From contig CALKIW010000120.1 in assembly GCA_937995875.1 (NCBI GenBank), forward strand, positions 8,781 through 72,780: 64,000 nt of DNA, given 5' to 3'. The position numbers were made by a program, and so were the translations under genes. The notes under the pieces are model-generated. The model searched no databases. It had not been told where the DNA came from and worked only from the letters and a program-made list of their open reading frames with translations. How positions within the stretch are numbered: the stretch's first letter is position 1; the number at the start of each line of letters is the position of its first letter. The stretch comes from an uncultured Bacteroidales bacterium. GTDB lineage: Bacteria; Bacteroidota; Bacteroidia; Bacteroidales; Bacteroidaceae. Shown here piece by piece: positions 1-8,714 of this stretch.

Positions 1-845
1 GCGATTGGCGCCGCAATAACGTCAATTTGTTTGTGAAACAGTTGGGCGAGACCATCCATAAACGCAAACCTTGGGTGAAGTTTGGCGTTTCACCTTTTGG
101 CATTTACCGCAATCAGGCTTCAGATCCAAAGAACGGGTCAGCTACCAAAGGACTGCAAAACTATGACGATTTGTATGCCGACGTGTTGCTTTGGGTAAAC
201 AATGGATGGATAGACTATTGTGTGCCGCAGGTGTATTGGCAAATAGGGCATCCCGCAGCAGACTATGCCACGCTGATCAAATGGTGGGACAAGCACGCCT
301 CCAACCGTCCTTTGTTTATTGGAGAAGACGTGGAGCGCACCGCCAAATATCCCGACCCGCAGAATCCCAACAATCATCAGCTTCCGGCCAAATACCGTCT
401 TCACCGCCAGACGCATCATGTAGACGGCGTTGTGCTGTGGTATGCCAAAGCTGTGGTAGACAACGTTGGCAATTACGGCAGTGTGCTTCGCAATTCCTAT
501 TGGAAATATCCGGCCTTGCAGCCGTTGATGCCATTTATTGACAGCAAAAGCCCCAAGAAGCCCAAAAAGCTAAAGGCTATATGGACCAGCGACGGTTATG
601 TGTTGTTTTGGCGGGCACCAAAGGGTAAAGACTGGGACGACAAGGCCGTGAAGTATGTGGTTTATCGTTTTGCAAAAAATGAACGGGTGAACATCAATGA
701 TCCATCGAAGATAGTTGCCATTACAGACCACACTTTCATCAATTTGCCGTATGACAAGGGAGATGTTCGATATACCTATGTAGTCACCGCATTAGACAGA
801 ATGTCGAACGAAAGCAAGGCCAAGAAGAAAAAGGTGAAACTTTAA
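1..845 (+). CDS. Glycosyl-hydrolase-like 10 (GHL10/DUF187, YngK-type) family protein, C-terminal part. The 5' end lies beyond the left edge.
   Basis: The frame (phase from base 3) is open to the window edge, so the TTG at 27 is internal. Blocks FGVSPFGIYRN and YDDLYADVLLWVNNGWIDYCVPQVYW fit the GHL10 TIM-barrel family. A strong terminator hairpin follows. Confidence 0.6.
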   Translation, partial: DWRRNNVNLFVKQLGETIHKRKPWVKFGVSPFGIYRNQASDPKNGSATKGLQNYDDLYADVLLWVNNGWIDYCVPQVYWQIGHPAADYATLIKWWDKHASNRPLFIGEDVERTAKYPDPQNPNNHQLPAKYRLHRQTHHVDGVVLWYAKAVVDNVGNYGSVLRNSYWKYPALQPLMPFIDSKSPKKPKKLKAIWTSDGYVLFWRAPKGKDWDDKAVKYVVYRFAKNERVNINDPSKIVAITDHTFINLPYDKGDVRYTYVVTALDRMSNESKAKKKKVKL

Positions 846-897
846 GGTTTCAAAAGGCTGTTATGGGGACCGGAATAAGCCCCAATATAGCTGGCAG

Positions 898-955
898 GTC
901 GGAGAAGCGGATAATTTTTATCGGCTTCTCCGACTTCTCGTTTTATTTTCTTTTA
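898..955 (+). terminator. Rho-independent terminator after the GHL10 gene
   Basis: gtcggagaagcggataa / ttatcggcttctccgac forms a 17-bp stem with one mismatch and a ttt loop. It is followed by ttctcgttttattttctttt. Confidence 0.75.
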
Positions 956-1056
956 TAGCAGACAATACGACTATCCCTATCGTCCGCAGTGGCTGTTTGC
1001 CAAGAAGTATGGCGGAATGGAAGCGGGAAATAATGGTAGAGAAGTGGCGAGCGGGA

Positions 1057-1431
1057 CTACGATTTCAGTTGTTGGAGCAGTTGTTTCACATAATAACGCT
1101 CCCAATCTTCCGGGTGGAGCTTCTGTTTGTCATACCGCAGTATGTCGATATCTATTCTGACAATGTTTTTTTCTTTTTCCGTTTGCGTGCGTCCTAAAGA
1201 TCGCTCTGTCTGTTTCAGCAGCGTGTTAAGTTCATCGCGGTCCATCGTGGTTTCAGTGATGGCCAAACAGTTGAGATAGAGCGACGTGCCCTTGCCGATG
1301 GGAGTGGTCCATAGATTTTGTGAGAAGGCAATGTCTCCGAAGATGTTGCATAACAGTTTCCGGGCTTTTGCAATATTCTCTTCCTGATCAAAGTTTGAGC
1401 CGAGACAAAGCAGAAGTTTTTTCTTTTTCAT
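1057..1431 (-). CDS. folK: 2-amino-4-hydroxy-6-hydroxymethyldihydropteridine pyrophosphokinase (HPPK)-like, short form
   Basis: Carries an N-terminal LCLGSN motif, TTPIGKG, YLNCLAITETT...LGR and IDIDIL, following the HPPK pattern. At 124 aa it is shorter than E. coli FolK. Confidence 0.6.
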   Translation of the reverse strand: MKKKKLLLCLGSNFDQEENIAKARKLLCNIFGDIAFSQNLWTTPIGKGTSLYLNCLAITETTMDRDELNTLLKQTERSLGRTQTEKEKNIVRIDIDILRYDKQKLHPEDWERYYVKQLLQQLKS

Positions 1432-1515
1432 GATTAGATGTGTCAGGCTGTACTCTTCCTGTGGAGTAGGGCCTTGTTTTGAAGATATGGATCAATGTTT
1501 TACAAGCTAAAGCAA

Positions 1516-1538
1516 GGGACGGACACACGGTCCGTCCC
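1516..1538 (-). terminator. Hairpin downstream of rpiB (possible terminator with a weak U-tract)
   Basis: gggacggac / gtccgtccc gives a perfect 9-bp GC-rich stem with a 5-nt loop, about 100 nt after the rpiB stop. Confidence 0.4.
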
Positions 1539-1639
1539 TGTTCATCCTTTTATCTCTTTTTAATGATATGTGAGCAGATGCTGTTTGATGCGTAAACACA
1601 CATCATCAGAAAATTCTTTTGTACCCGTTGCTCTGCAAC

Positions 1640-2089
1640 CTACTTGTTGCAATTAACGGGAATTTTATTGATACGGCGCAGATGACGCCCTCCGTCAAAA
1701 TCAGTAGAGAGAAATTCATCCATGATGCTGCGTGCCATTTCGTTATCGATGAAACGTCCCGGCATTACGAGAATATTCGCGTTGTTGTGCTGACGGCTGA
1801 GATGAGCAATTTCCGGCATCCAGACCAATGCCGCACGCACGCCCTGATGTTTGTTCAGTGTGATGCTGATACCTTCTCCGGAGCCGCAGATGGCAATGCC
1901 CGGATAAACCTCGCCCGACTCAATGGCGCTGCCCAACGGATGGGCAAAGTCGGCATAGTCGGAACTTTCGTCTGTGTAGGCACCAAAATCTTTGTAAGCA
2001 ATTCCTTTTTCGTCAAGATATTGCTTGACAAACTGTTTTAAAGCAAAGCCGGCGTGGTCGCTGGCCAGTCCGACAGTTTTGATTTCCAT
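1640..2089 (-). CDS. rpiB: Ribose-5-phosphate isomerase B
   Basis: MEIKTVGLASDHAGF...ICGSGEGISI...MPGRF is the RpiB/LacAB pattern. The start was moved to the ATG at 2089 (MEIK) from the longer ORF 1640..2143. Confidence 0.9.
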   Translation of the reverse strand: MEIKTVGLASDHAGFALKQFVKQYLDEKGIAYKDFGAYTDESSDYADFAHPLGSAIESGEVYPGIAICGSGEGISITLNKHQGVRAALVWMPEIAHLSRQHNNANILVMPGRFIDNEMARSIMDEFLSTDFDGGRHLRRINKIPVNCNK

Positions 2090-2197
2090 ATTGATATAGA
2101 TTTGTTGGTGAGTGTTGAGGTAAAGCAAAGCAGCAGGGACCATAAACCGCAGATATGCAGCCCATCTGAAAGTTATAGTCCCTGCGTGCAGTCAATT

Positions 2198-4222
2198 CTA
2201 TTTCTCAAGAAAAGCCTTCACCTGCTTGTACACATTCTCACCCGTGTATCCGAGTTTCTCATCGAGCACCTTGTAGGGGGCGGAGAAGCCAAAGCTGGGC
2301 ATGCCGAATATTTTGCTGTTGGGGCCTATGCCCACCAAGCCTTCCAAGGTAACGGGAAGCCCGGCGGTCATGCCAAACTTCCTGACGTTGTAGGGCAACA
2401 CGCTCTCTTGATATTCCGGGCTTTGGGTGCGGAACAATCCTTCGGAAGGAGCACTGACCACACGCACTTTGATGCCGTCTTTGCGTAGGGCTTCGGTGCC
2501 TGCTTCGAGGGTAGAAACCTCAGATCCGCTTGCAACGAGAATCACGTCGGGGTCTTCGTCAGATCCGGCCACGATATAAGCCCCCTTGCTCACTTGGCTG
2601 TAATCGTTGCCTTCCGGTAGATTTTCGATGGTCTGACGGGAGAAAATGAGGGCCGTCGGCGTGTCGATGTTCTCCATGGCGAGCTTCCAACATGCTGTGG
2701 TTTCCTCCACATCGGCCGGCCGGAACACACGGATGCTATCCTTGCCGGCATGGTTTTTCATCTTTTCCATCAGGCGAATCTGTGCCTCTTGTTCAACAGG
2801 CTCGTGGGTGGGACCGTCTTCTCCGACGCGGAATGCGTCGTGTGTCCAGATGAATTTCACGGGCACTTGCATCAAGGCAGCCATACGCACGGCCGGCTTC
2901 ATGTAGTCGGAGAACACGAAGAATGTACCGCAGGCAGCAATAACACCGCCGTGAAGCATCATGCCGATACACATATCGGCCATCGTCAGCTCGCTCACAC
3001 CGGCTTGGAAGAACGCCCCACTGAAATCGCCTTTCATGAGATTGGTGGTCTTCTTCAGAAACCCATCGGTCTTGTCGGAATTGGAAAGGTCGGCAGAAGC
3101 ACATATCATGTTGGGCACCTGCTCGGCCAACACGCTGAGACAAGCCGCACTGGCAGCACGTGTCGCCGCACCGGCTTTCTGCTCCACCTTTGTCCAGTCT
3201 ATCTTGGGTGCCTTGCCGGAGAACCATTCGTCCATGAGCGCAGCCTTGTCGGCGTTGGCTTTTCGCCATGCCGATTCCTCTGCCCGGCGTGCAGCGACAA
3301 TTTTCTGAAGTTCTTCCCTACGGGCGTCATAGAGCGCCTTGACGTCATCAAAGATAACGAAAGGATTATCCACATCGCCACCAAGATTCTTCACGGTGTT
3401 GGTATAGGCAGCTCCGCCGAGAGGTGCCCCGTGCGTCTTCACGTTGGCCTCATAGCTCGTTCCGTCAGCCTGCAGAGCACCTTTACCCATGATGGTCTTG
3501 CCGATAATGAGGGTGGGGCGAGCATCTTCCTTTTGAGCTGCGTCGAGTGCTTGGCGAATTTCCTCAACGTCGTTGCCGTTGATTTCCATCACGTTCCACC
3601 CCCAAGCCTCGTATTTGGCCTTGGTGTCTTCGTTCATCACAACCTTGGTTTCCGTGGAAAGCTGAATGTCGTTAGAGTCGTAAAACATGATGAGGTTGTT
3701 CAGTCCGAGATTGCCGGCAATACGACCTACACCCTGCGAAATCTCTTCCTGAACGGCTCCGTCGCTGATATAAGCATAGATTTTGTGTTGCATGACGGCC
3801 TTATCGAGGCGTGCCTCCAGAAACTTCTCGGCCACAGCGGCTCCTGCTGCCATTGCATGGCCCTGTCCAAGCGGCCCGGAAGAGTTTTCAATGCCATGCA
3901 TGATATCGAGTTCGGGATGGCCCGGAGTGATGGACTCCCACTGGCGGAATTGTTTCAAGTCGTCCATCGAGAAGAATCCGCGAAGGGTCAATCCGGCGTA
4001 GAGCATGGGGCTCATGTGGCCGGGATCGAGGAAGAAGCGGTCGCGTCCCGGCCATTTGGGGTCGGCAGGGTCGTAAATTAGGTATTCCGCGAAGAGTACA
4101 TTGATGAAATCGGCTCCACCCATTGCGCCTCCGGGGTGGCCTGAATTGGCTTTCTCAACCATGGAAGCTGCCAATATGCGGATATTGTCAGCTGCACGGT
4201 TCATTAATTTGATGTCATTCAT
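2198..4222 (-). CDS. tkt: Transketolase
   Basis: The SGHPGGAMGGAD ThDP motif and full-length transketolase architecture are present. The start was set at MNDIKLMNRAADNIR (ATG 4222) rather than 4279. Confidence 0.92.
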   Translation of the reverse strand: MNDIKLMNRAADNIRILAASMVEKANSGHPGGAMGGADFINVLFAEYLIYDPADPKWPGRDRFFLDPGHMSPMLYAGLTLRGFFSMDDLKQFRQWESITPGHPELDIMHGIENSSGPLGQGHAMAAGAAVAEKFLEARLDKAVMQHKIYAYISDGAVQEEISQGVGRIAGNLGLNNLIMFYDSNDIQLSTETKVVMNEDTKAKYEAWGWNVMEINGNDVEEIRQALDAAQKEDARPTLIIGKTIMGKGALQADGTSYEANVKTHGAPLGGAAYTNTVKNLGGDVDNPFVIFDDVKALYDARREELQKIVAARRAEESAWRKANADKAALMDEWFSGKAPKIDWTKVEQKAGAATRAASAACLSVLAEQVPNMICASADLSNSDKTDGFLKKTTNLMKGDFSGAFFQAGVSELTMADMCIGMMLHGGVIAACGTFFVFSDYMKPAVRMAALMQVPVKFIWTHDAFRVGEDGPTHEPVEQEAQIRLMEKMKNHAGKDSIRVFRPADVEETTACWKLAMENIDTPTALIFSRQTIENLPEGNDYSQVSKGAYIVAGSDEDPDVILVASGSEVSTLEAGTEALRKDGIKVRVVSAPSEGLFRTQSPEYQESVLPYNVRKFGMTAGLPVTLEGLVGIGPNSKIFGMPSFGFSAPYKVLDEKLGYTGENVYKQVKAFLEK

Positions 4223-4266
4223 TGCTATATGGTTTTTTGTTACGTACAAAGTTAGTCTATTACCTA

Positions 4267-4274
4267 CAAAGGTA
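4267..4274 (-). promoter_or_regulatory. Bacteroidota -7 promoter motif (TACCTTTG) upstream of tkt
   Basis: Plus-strand caaaggta is the reverse complement of TAnnTTTG. It lies 45 nt upstream of the tkt ATG. Confidence 0.45.
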
Positions 4275-4726
4275 TTCATTTTTAAGAATTATCCCATAGA
4301 GTTTTGCAACTTTGTTTGGAATATTTGCCATTCTACAGTAGCTTTGCCTCAGAAAAATGCAAAGTGATGGCTCGGATAGCGATGAAGCCCAGACGAGACG
4401 GAGTGTTTCCGGCCTACGGTTAAGCTCTAAAAATGCAGCCTGCAAGTTCAATCAGTGTGGCTCTCAGGTTGGGGGGAAGTGGTTTGAAAGTACAGCTCAT
4501 ACTGTCTGGAAGCAACGTAAACACATTACTTACTAACTCCGGACATACCTTTCGGCTTGGAAAGTACGTTTTGTGTCATACTTTCTTATGTAAAATAAGT
4601 TTACCGTTTTTCGACGATTATTTTCAGAACATCTGGAAGAAAAAGGACTATGTTTTTGCCTTTGTTAGCTGCCCGCAGCAGGTGAAAAGTCTGCGTTTTT
4701 CAGGTTTTAAATTCTGCCATGCGATG

Positions 4727-4972
4727 TCGAGGCCTTAATCGCAGTGCGGTTACGCCCTAACCGCCACACGGATAAGCCTTATCCGCATGACGGTTAGGCC
4801 TTCCTCGTCGTGCCATTCGATACTTCATCGCGGACGAGGGTATGGGAGTCGCAAAGTGACTATTCTTTAATGTGCTGACTGTCAGCGCACTGCAATATCG
4901 CGCAATTTTCGCGTATTCGGAACGAGAATAGAATTATTTTTGAATTCGCGAATTTTAAACCGCCTTTTGTAA
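4727..4972 (+). repeat. Structured intergenic repeat element, copy A
   Basis: Has a REP-like module (gcggttacgccctaaccgc, ggataagccttatcc, gacggttaggcc). This is followed by gcgcaattttcgcgtat...gaattcgcgaattttaaaccgccttttgt, which is alignable to copies B, C and D. Confidence 0.7.
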
Positions 4973-4980
4973 ATAAAAAT

Positions 4981-5025
4981 ACGGGTATCCAATACGTTTT
5001 CTTCGTGAAACGATTGGATACCCGT
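4981..5025 (-). terminator. Strong rho-independent terminator (minus strand)
   Basis: acgggtatccaat/attggatacccgt forms 13 bp and cgttt/aaacg adds 5 more bp. On the minus strand an atttttatttac tract follows. It sits 22 nt after the stop of the GH-fragment ORF and about 260 nt after rpoD. Confidence 0.75.
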
Positions 5026-5046
5026 CAGGCACGTTTATACGTATTT

Positions 5047-5215
5047 CTACCGCAGGTTGATCGTGACGACAGACATGGCCGGCACCTTAACCCTGACCTT
5101 GTTGTTCTTGATTTTAACATCCTTGAAATCGGCAGGAACAACTGTGTTGGGCCGTTCAAGGTCGTTGTAATCATTAGTTTTCTTACTGGTCAGATTTTTT
5201 CCAACGGCTTTTCGG
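5047..5215 (-). pseudogene. Orphan 3' fragment of a glycoside hydrolase (GH51 alpha-L-arabinofuranosidase-like C-terminus)
   Basis: The translation GKNLTSKKTNDYNDLERPNTVVPADFKDVKIKNNKVRVKVPAMSVVTINLR* matches the usual GH51 C-terminal pattern (LTS.K.N..NTFE.P..VVP..F ... LP..SV.V..L). No catalytic domain lies upstream, where the frame runs into the rpoD 3' end. Confidence 0.45.
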
Positions 5216-5281
5216 GGCATCACCCGTGTAACTTTGTGATGCGTACCTGTTGTGTAAAGATGAAAACATATAGAGTGTGGC

Positions 5282-6157
5282 CTATTCGAGATATTGCCTG
5301 AGGGTAGAGGCGTATTTGCTGAATCTGATTTTTCGCAGTGCCTTTTCCCGCACCTGTCTGATGCGTTCACGGGTCATACCCAGACTGTCGGCAATTTCTT
5401 CCATGCTCTTCTCCATTTCGCCAATACCAAACGACTCTTTGATGATTTTCTGTTCGCGTGTGTTGAGCACCTCGCGCAGCAAGTCGTTGATAAACTGATG
5501 CATTGATTCCTTGTCGAGCGAGCTGTCTGATTTCATTCTGCTATCGTCCGACGAGAGCAAATCGGCCATAGAGCCCTCGTCCTCGTTGCCCAGAGGGGCG
5601 TCGATACTCGTGGTGCGCGAACTGGCGTTCATGGCTGCCGCAATCTGCGATTCCTCTACATCCAGAATCTCTGCCAACTCGTGGTTGGAGGGAAGGCGCC
5701 CGTGTTCCTGAAGAAATGTTTCTGCGGCTCTGGTTGCTTTGCCATAGATGCCCACTTGGTTGAGTGGCATACGGACGATGCGACTCTTCACGGCCAAGGC
5801 TTCCATGATGCTTTGCCGAATCCACCATACGGCGTATGAAATGAACTTGAAACCGCGCGTCTCGTCAAATTTTTCGGCGGCTTTCACCAGACCCATGTTG
5901 CCTTCATTGATGAGGTCGGTAAGCGATATGCCCTGATGTTGATATTGCTTGGCTACCGAAACCACGAAACGGAGGTTTCCCCTCACCAAGCGGTCGCGCG
6001 CTGCTTCGCCTTCCGGTCCGCCCTTATGGATGGATCGGGCTAATGCGGCTTCTTCGTCGGGCGTAAGCAATGGCTCGCGTGCTATCTCTGTGAGATACCG
6101 GTCGAGAGCTTCGCTGTTGCGGCTGGTGATGTTCTTGGTGATTTTTAATTGTCTCAT
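5282..6157 (-). CDS. rpoD: RNA polymerase primary sigma factor (Bacteroidota sigma-A type)
   Basis: Carries the region 2 block GNLRFVVSVAKQY...LINEGNMGLVKAAEKFD...FISYAVWWIRQSI and regions 3 and 4 (ESFGIGE...EIADSLGMTRERIRQ). Confidence 0.92.
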   Translation of the reverse strand: MRQLKITKNITSRNSEALDRYLTEIAREPLLTPDEEAALARSIHKGGPEGEAARDRLVRGNLRFVVSVAKQYQHQGISLTDLINEGNMGLVKAAEKFDETRGFKFISYAVWWIRQSIMEALAVKSRIVRMPLNQVGIYGKATRAAETFLQEHGRLPSNHELAEILDVEESQIAAAMNASSRTTSIDAPLGNEDEGSMADLLSSDDSRMKSDSSLDKESMHQFINDLLREVLNTREQKIIKESFGIGEMEKSMEEIADSLGMTRERIRQVREKALRKIRFSKYASTLRQYLE

Positions 6158-6198
6158 TTCTTAAGGTTATTTTCAGAGTTAGCTTTACAGGTATGTCG

Positions 6199-6206
6199 CA
6201 AAAGTA
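6199..6206 (-). promoter_or_regulatory. -7 promoter motif (TACTTTTG) upstream of rpoD
   Basis: Plus-strand caaaagta lies 42 nt upstream of the rpoD ATG. Confidence 0.45.
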
Positions 6207-6313
6207 CAAATAAATATCATATCGCCAAAGGATATTGTAAGAAAAATAGTCAAAGTTGAATTTGCTTTATGTAGGAATAATCTTGTTTATCATCGTTTTC
6301 CAAAAATATTTTC

Positions 6314-6321
6314 TAACTTTG
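6314..6321 (+). promoter_or_regulatory. -7 promoter motif (TAACTTTG) upstream of ptb
   Basis: taactttg lies 55 nt upstream of ATG 6376. Confidence 0.45.
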
Positions 6322-6375
6322 CGAGAGATTGTAATAAGCCACAATTTTGTTGTGGAAAATTTGAAATAAAACGAA

Positions 6376-7230
6376 ATGAATACGTTGCGAAATTTTGCTG
6401 AAATTGTAGAAAGACTGAGGAGTGCCGGCATAAAACGCAGGGTTGCGGTGGTCTGCCCGCGCGATAAAGCTACGATGGACGCCATAGAACGCGCCTCGAA
6501 CGAAGGATTTGTTGAGGCGGAAATGATAGATAATGAGAACTTGCAGACGGCTGCCGAGACGGCTGTGACGATGGCGCAGGAGGGAAAGGTAGACATGATT
6601 ATGAAGGGGCTCATTCCCTCTGAAATATTGTTGAAGGCCATTCTCCGATTCAACGGAGGCCTGTTGCCTGAGGGACGTATGCTCACCCATACCGCGTGCG
6701 CGCACTTTGCGCAATATCACAAACTGCTGTTCTATACCGATGCGGCCGTGATACCTGTCCCCACGCATGAACAGCGGGTGCAGCAGGTGCGGTATATGGC
6801 CAATTTCTGCCATGCGATGGGTATCGAGGAGCCTCGCATTTCGCTCATTCATTGCAGCGAGGAGGTGGACGAACGCCATTTCCCCTACACAGTGGGCTAT
6901 CGGGAAATAGTAGAGATGGCCCGGCAAGGAAAATTCGGGCGGTGCATCGTCGATGGCCCGCTGGACTTGAAAACCTCGTGTTCGGCAGAGAGTCTCAAGG
7001 TGAAAGGTATTGCGTCGCCCATTGCCGGCGAAGCAGATGCTTTGATATTTCCGGATATAGAGAGTGGCAATGTGTTTCACAAGACCATCACGCTGTTCAA
7101 CGATGCAAAATTGGCGAGCCTGTTGCAGGGACCGCGTGTGCCTGTGGTGCTGACTTCGCGCGCCGACGCTCTGAAAACCAAATACTACAGTTTGGTCGTT
7201 GCGGCAGCCTTGGGAGCAGAAAAAGCATAG
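6376..7230 (+). CDS. ptb: Phosphate butyryltransferase (PTA_PTB family)
   Basis: PTA/PTB-family sequence (MIMKGL, GPLDLKTS, FPDIESGNVFHK, LTSRAD). It is immediately followed by butyrate kinase. Confidence 0.75.
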   Translation: MNTLRNFAEIVERLRSAGIKRRVAVVCPRDKATMDAIERASNEGFVEAEMIDNENLQTAAETAVTMAQEGKVDMIMKGLIPSEILLKAILRFNGGLLPEGRMLTHTACAHFAQYHKLLFYTDAAVIPVPTHEQRVQQVRYMANFCHAMGIEEPRISLIHCSEEVDERHFPYTVGYREIVEMARQGKFGRCIVDGPLDLKTSCSAESLKVKGIASPIAGEADALIFPDIESGNVFHKTITLFNDAKLASLLQGPRVPVVLTSRADALKTKYYSLVVAAALGAEKA

Positions 7231-7324
7231 AACGGTTGGGCGCTTTGTTGAGAGGCACGATGCAACCATATATGAACATAAGGAGACTTATGAGATTAGA
7301 GAAAAATAAAATTACAGTGAATAA

Positions 7325-8386
7325 ATGAAGATATTAGTTGTCAATCCCGGCTCTACTTCGACCAAGATAGCTGTCTATAAAGACAGCACCCAAATATACT
7401 CCACGAACATTCATCACCCCAACGAACAGTTGGCAAGGTTTGACGACGTACACGACCAATATGATTTTCGTCGGGAACTGGTGCTCGAAGAACTGCGCAA
7501 AAATGACATTCCGGTCGCTTTTGACGCAATTATCGGACGGGGAGGCATAGGCAAACCCGTTTCCGGCGGTGCTTATGACATCAACGAACAGATGATTCAC
7601 GACAACCTCACGGGGCTGTTTCATCACGCGTGCAACCTGGGATGTAAGATCGCCTACGATATTGCCAAAACGATTCCCGATTGCCGGGCACTCATCGCGG
7701 AGCCGGGTGTGGTGGACGAGATGACGCCTGTGGCACATGTTACGGGCCGCCCGGAGATGAAGCGTTCGTGCGTTTGGCACGCGCTCAATCAGCGCGCCGT
7801 AGCCAAACGGTTTGCAAAGGAGACAGGACGCGCTTATGAAGACTTGAATCTCATTATCTGTCACATGGGAGGCGGCATCTCGATTGCGGCCCACGATCAT
7901 GGCAGGGCTGTGGATGTGAACGATGCCATCAATGGCGAAGGGCCCTTCAGCACGGAGCGTTCGGGATCGTTTCCGAGTTCGAGGATTGTCAGACTGTGTT
8001 TCAGTGGTAAGTACACCGAACAGCAGTTGCTGAAGATGATTACCGGGCAGGGAGGCGTGACAGCCCATCTGGGCACGAATGATATGCGGGAAGTAATGCG
8101 GCGCATCAATGACGGCGACGATTATGCCCGATTGGTGTTGGATGGCATGGCCTATAATATTGCCAAATGGATTTGCGCGCTCGGAGCCACGTTTTGCGGT
8201 CGGGTTGATGCGATTCTGCTCACGGGCGGAGTGGCACATTCTGAAAAAATTATAAGCATGATACGCCGCAGGGTTGAGTTCTTGGCACCCGTGCATTGTT
8301 ATTCCGGAGAAAACGAGATGGAGGCGTTGGCAGCAGCAGCTCTTGCCGTGTTGCGGGGAGAGATGAAAGCGCAACAATATATATAA
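7325..8386 (+). CDS. buk: Butyrate kinase
   Basis: The MKILVVNPGSTSTKIAVY N-terminus, an acetate/butyrate kinase fold, the 353-aa length and pairing with ptb all fit. Confidence 0.88.
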   Translation: MKILVVNPGSTSTKIAVYKDSTQIYSTNIHHPNEQLARFDDVHDQYDFRRELVLEELRKNDIPVAFDAIIGRGGIGKPVSGGAYDINEQMIHDNLTGLFHHACNLGCKIAYDIAKTIPDCRALIAEPGVVDEMTPVAHVTGRPEMKRSCVWHALNQRAVAKRFAKETGRAYEDLNLIICHMGGGISIAAHDHGRAVDVNDAINGEGPFSTERSGSFPSSRIVRLCFSGKYTEQQLLKMITGQGGVTAHLGTNDMREVMRRINDGDDYARLVLDGMAYNIAKWICALGATFCGRVDAILLTGGVAHSEKIISMIRRRVEFLAPVHCYSGENEMEALAAAALAVLRGEMKAQQYI

Positions 8387-8669
8387 GGTGGAGCGTTGGT
8401 TGGGGTTGTCGATCTGTGCGACAGACGGCCTCAAGGCTCGCCGACAACTCCGAGACAAGTTTCGTAAACAGCCGACAGACACGCTCCGCTATAATCGACG
8501 CAAACCTTCAGAGGTATTCGGAGAACGGACGGCGGTGCGGGAGTCGAGCTGTGCTGAAATGCTGATCATGGCACGGATGGATATGAACACAGTGACATTG
8601 TGCGGCAGAAATAATGAGAAGGTAGTTCAAAACGTGTGTCGATTTCTTGGAGTAGTACAATAATTTTAC

Positions 8670-8677
8670 TAACTTTG
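8670..8677 (+). promoter_or_regulatory. -7 promoter motif (TAACTTTG) upstream of the AAA_28-CYTH gene
   Basis: taactttg lies 38 nt upstream of ATG 8715. Confidence 0.45.
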
Positions 8678-8714
8678 CCTTTGAATGTTAACGTAAGTCA
8701 TGACACGCTGACAG

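Noticed and set aside
2750-4081. A 443-aa plus-strand ORF, together with several other long ORFs antisense to well-supported genes. The others are 6313..7269 -, 7334..8482 -, 13350..14138 -, 17433..18176 +, 24558..25712 +, 25946..26842 -, 26903..27526 -, 29950..30879 -, 31672..33012 -, 37048..37407 -, 40823..41563 - and 46794..47648 +.
   Set aside because: Each lies entirely opposite a gene with unmistakable conserved motifs (tkt, ptb, buk, zwf, eno, polymerase, dnaB, leuA, metH and others). Their translations are low-complexity and rich in R, H and G with no recognisable domains. They are shadow ORFs typical of GC-balanced coding DNA.
5216-5370. The 5' part of track ORF 5047..5370 (-), which extends the glycoside-hydrolase-like fragment to an ATG.
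   Set aside because: This part overlaps the rpoD 3' end in another frame and has no GH-like sequence. Only the last ~55 codons resemble a GH C-terminus, so I treat the locus as a gene remnant and not an intact 107-aa gene.
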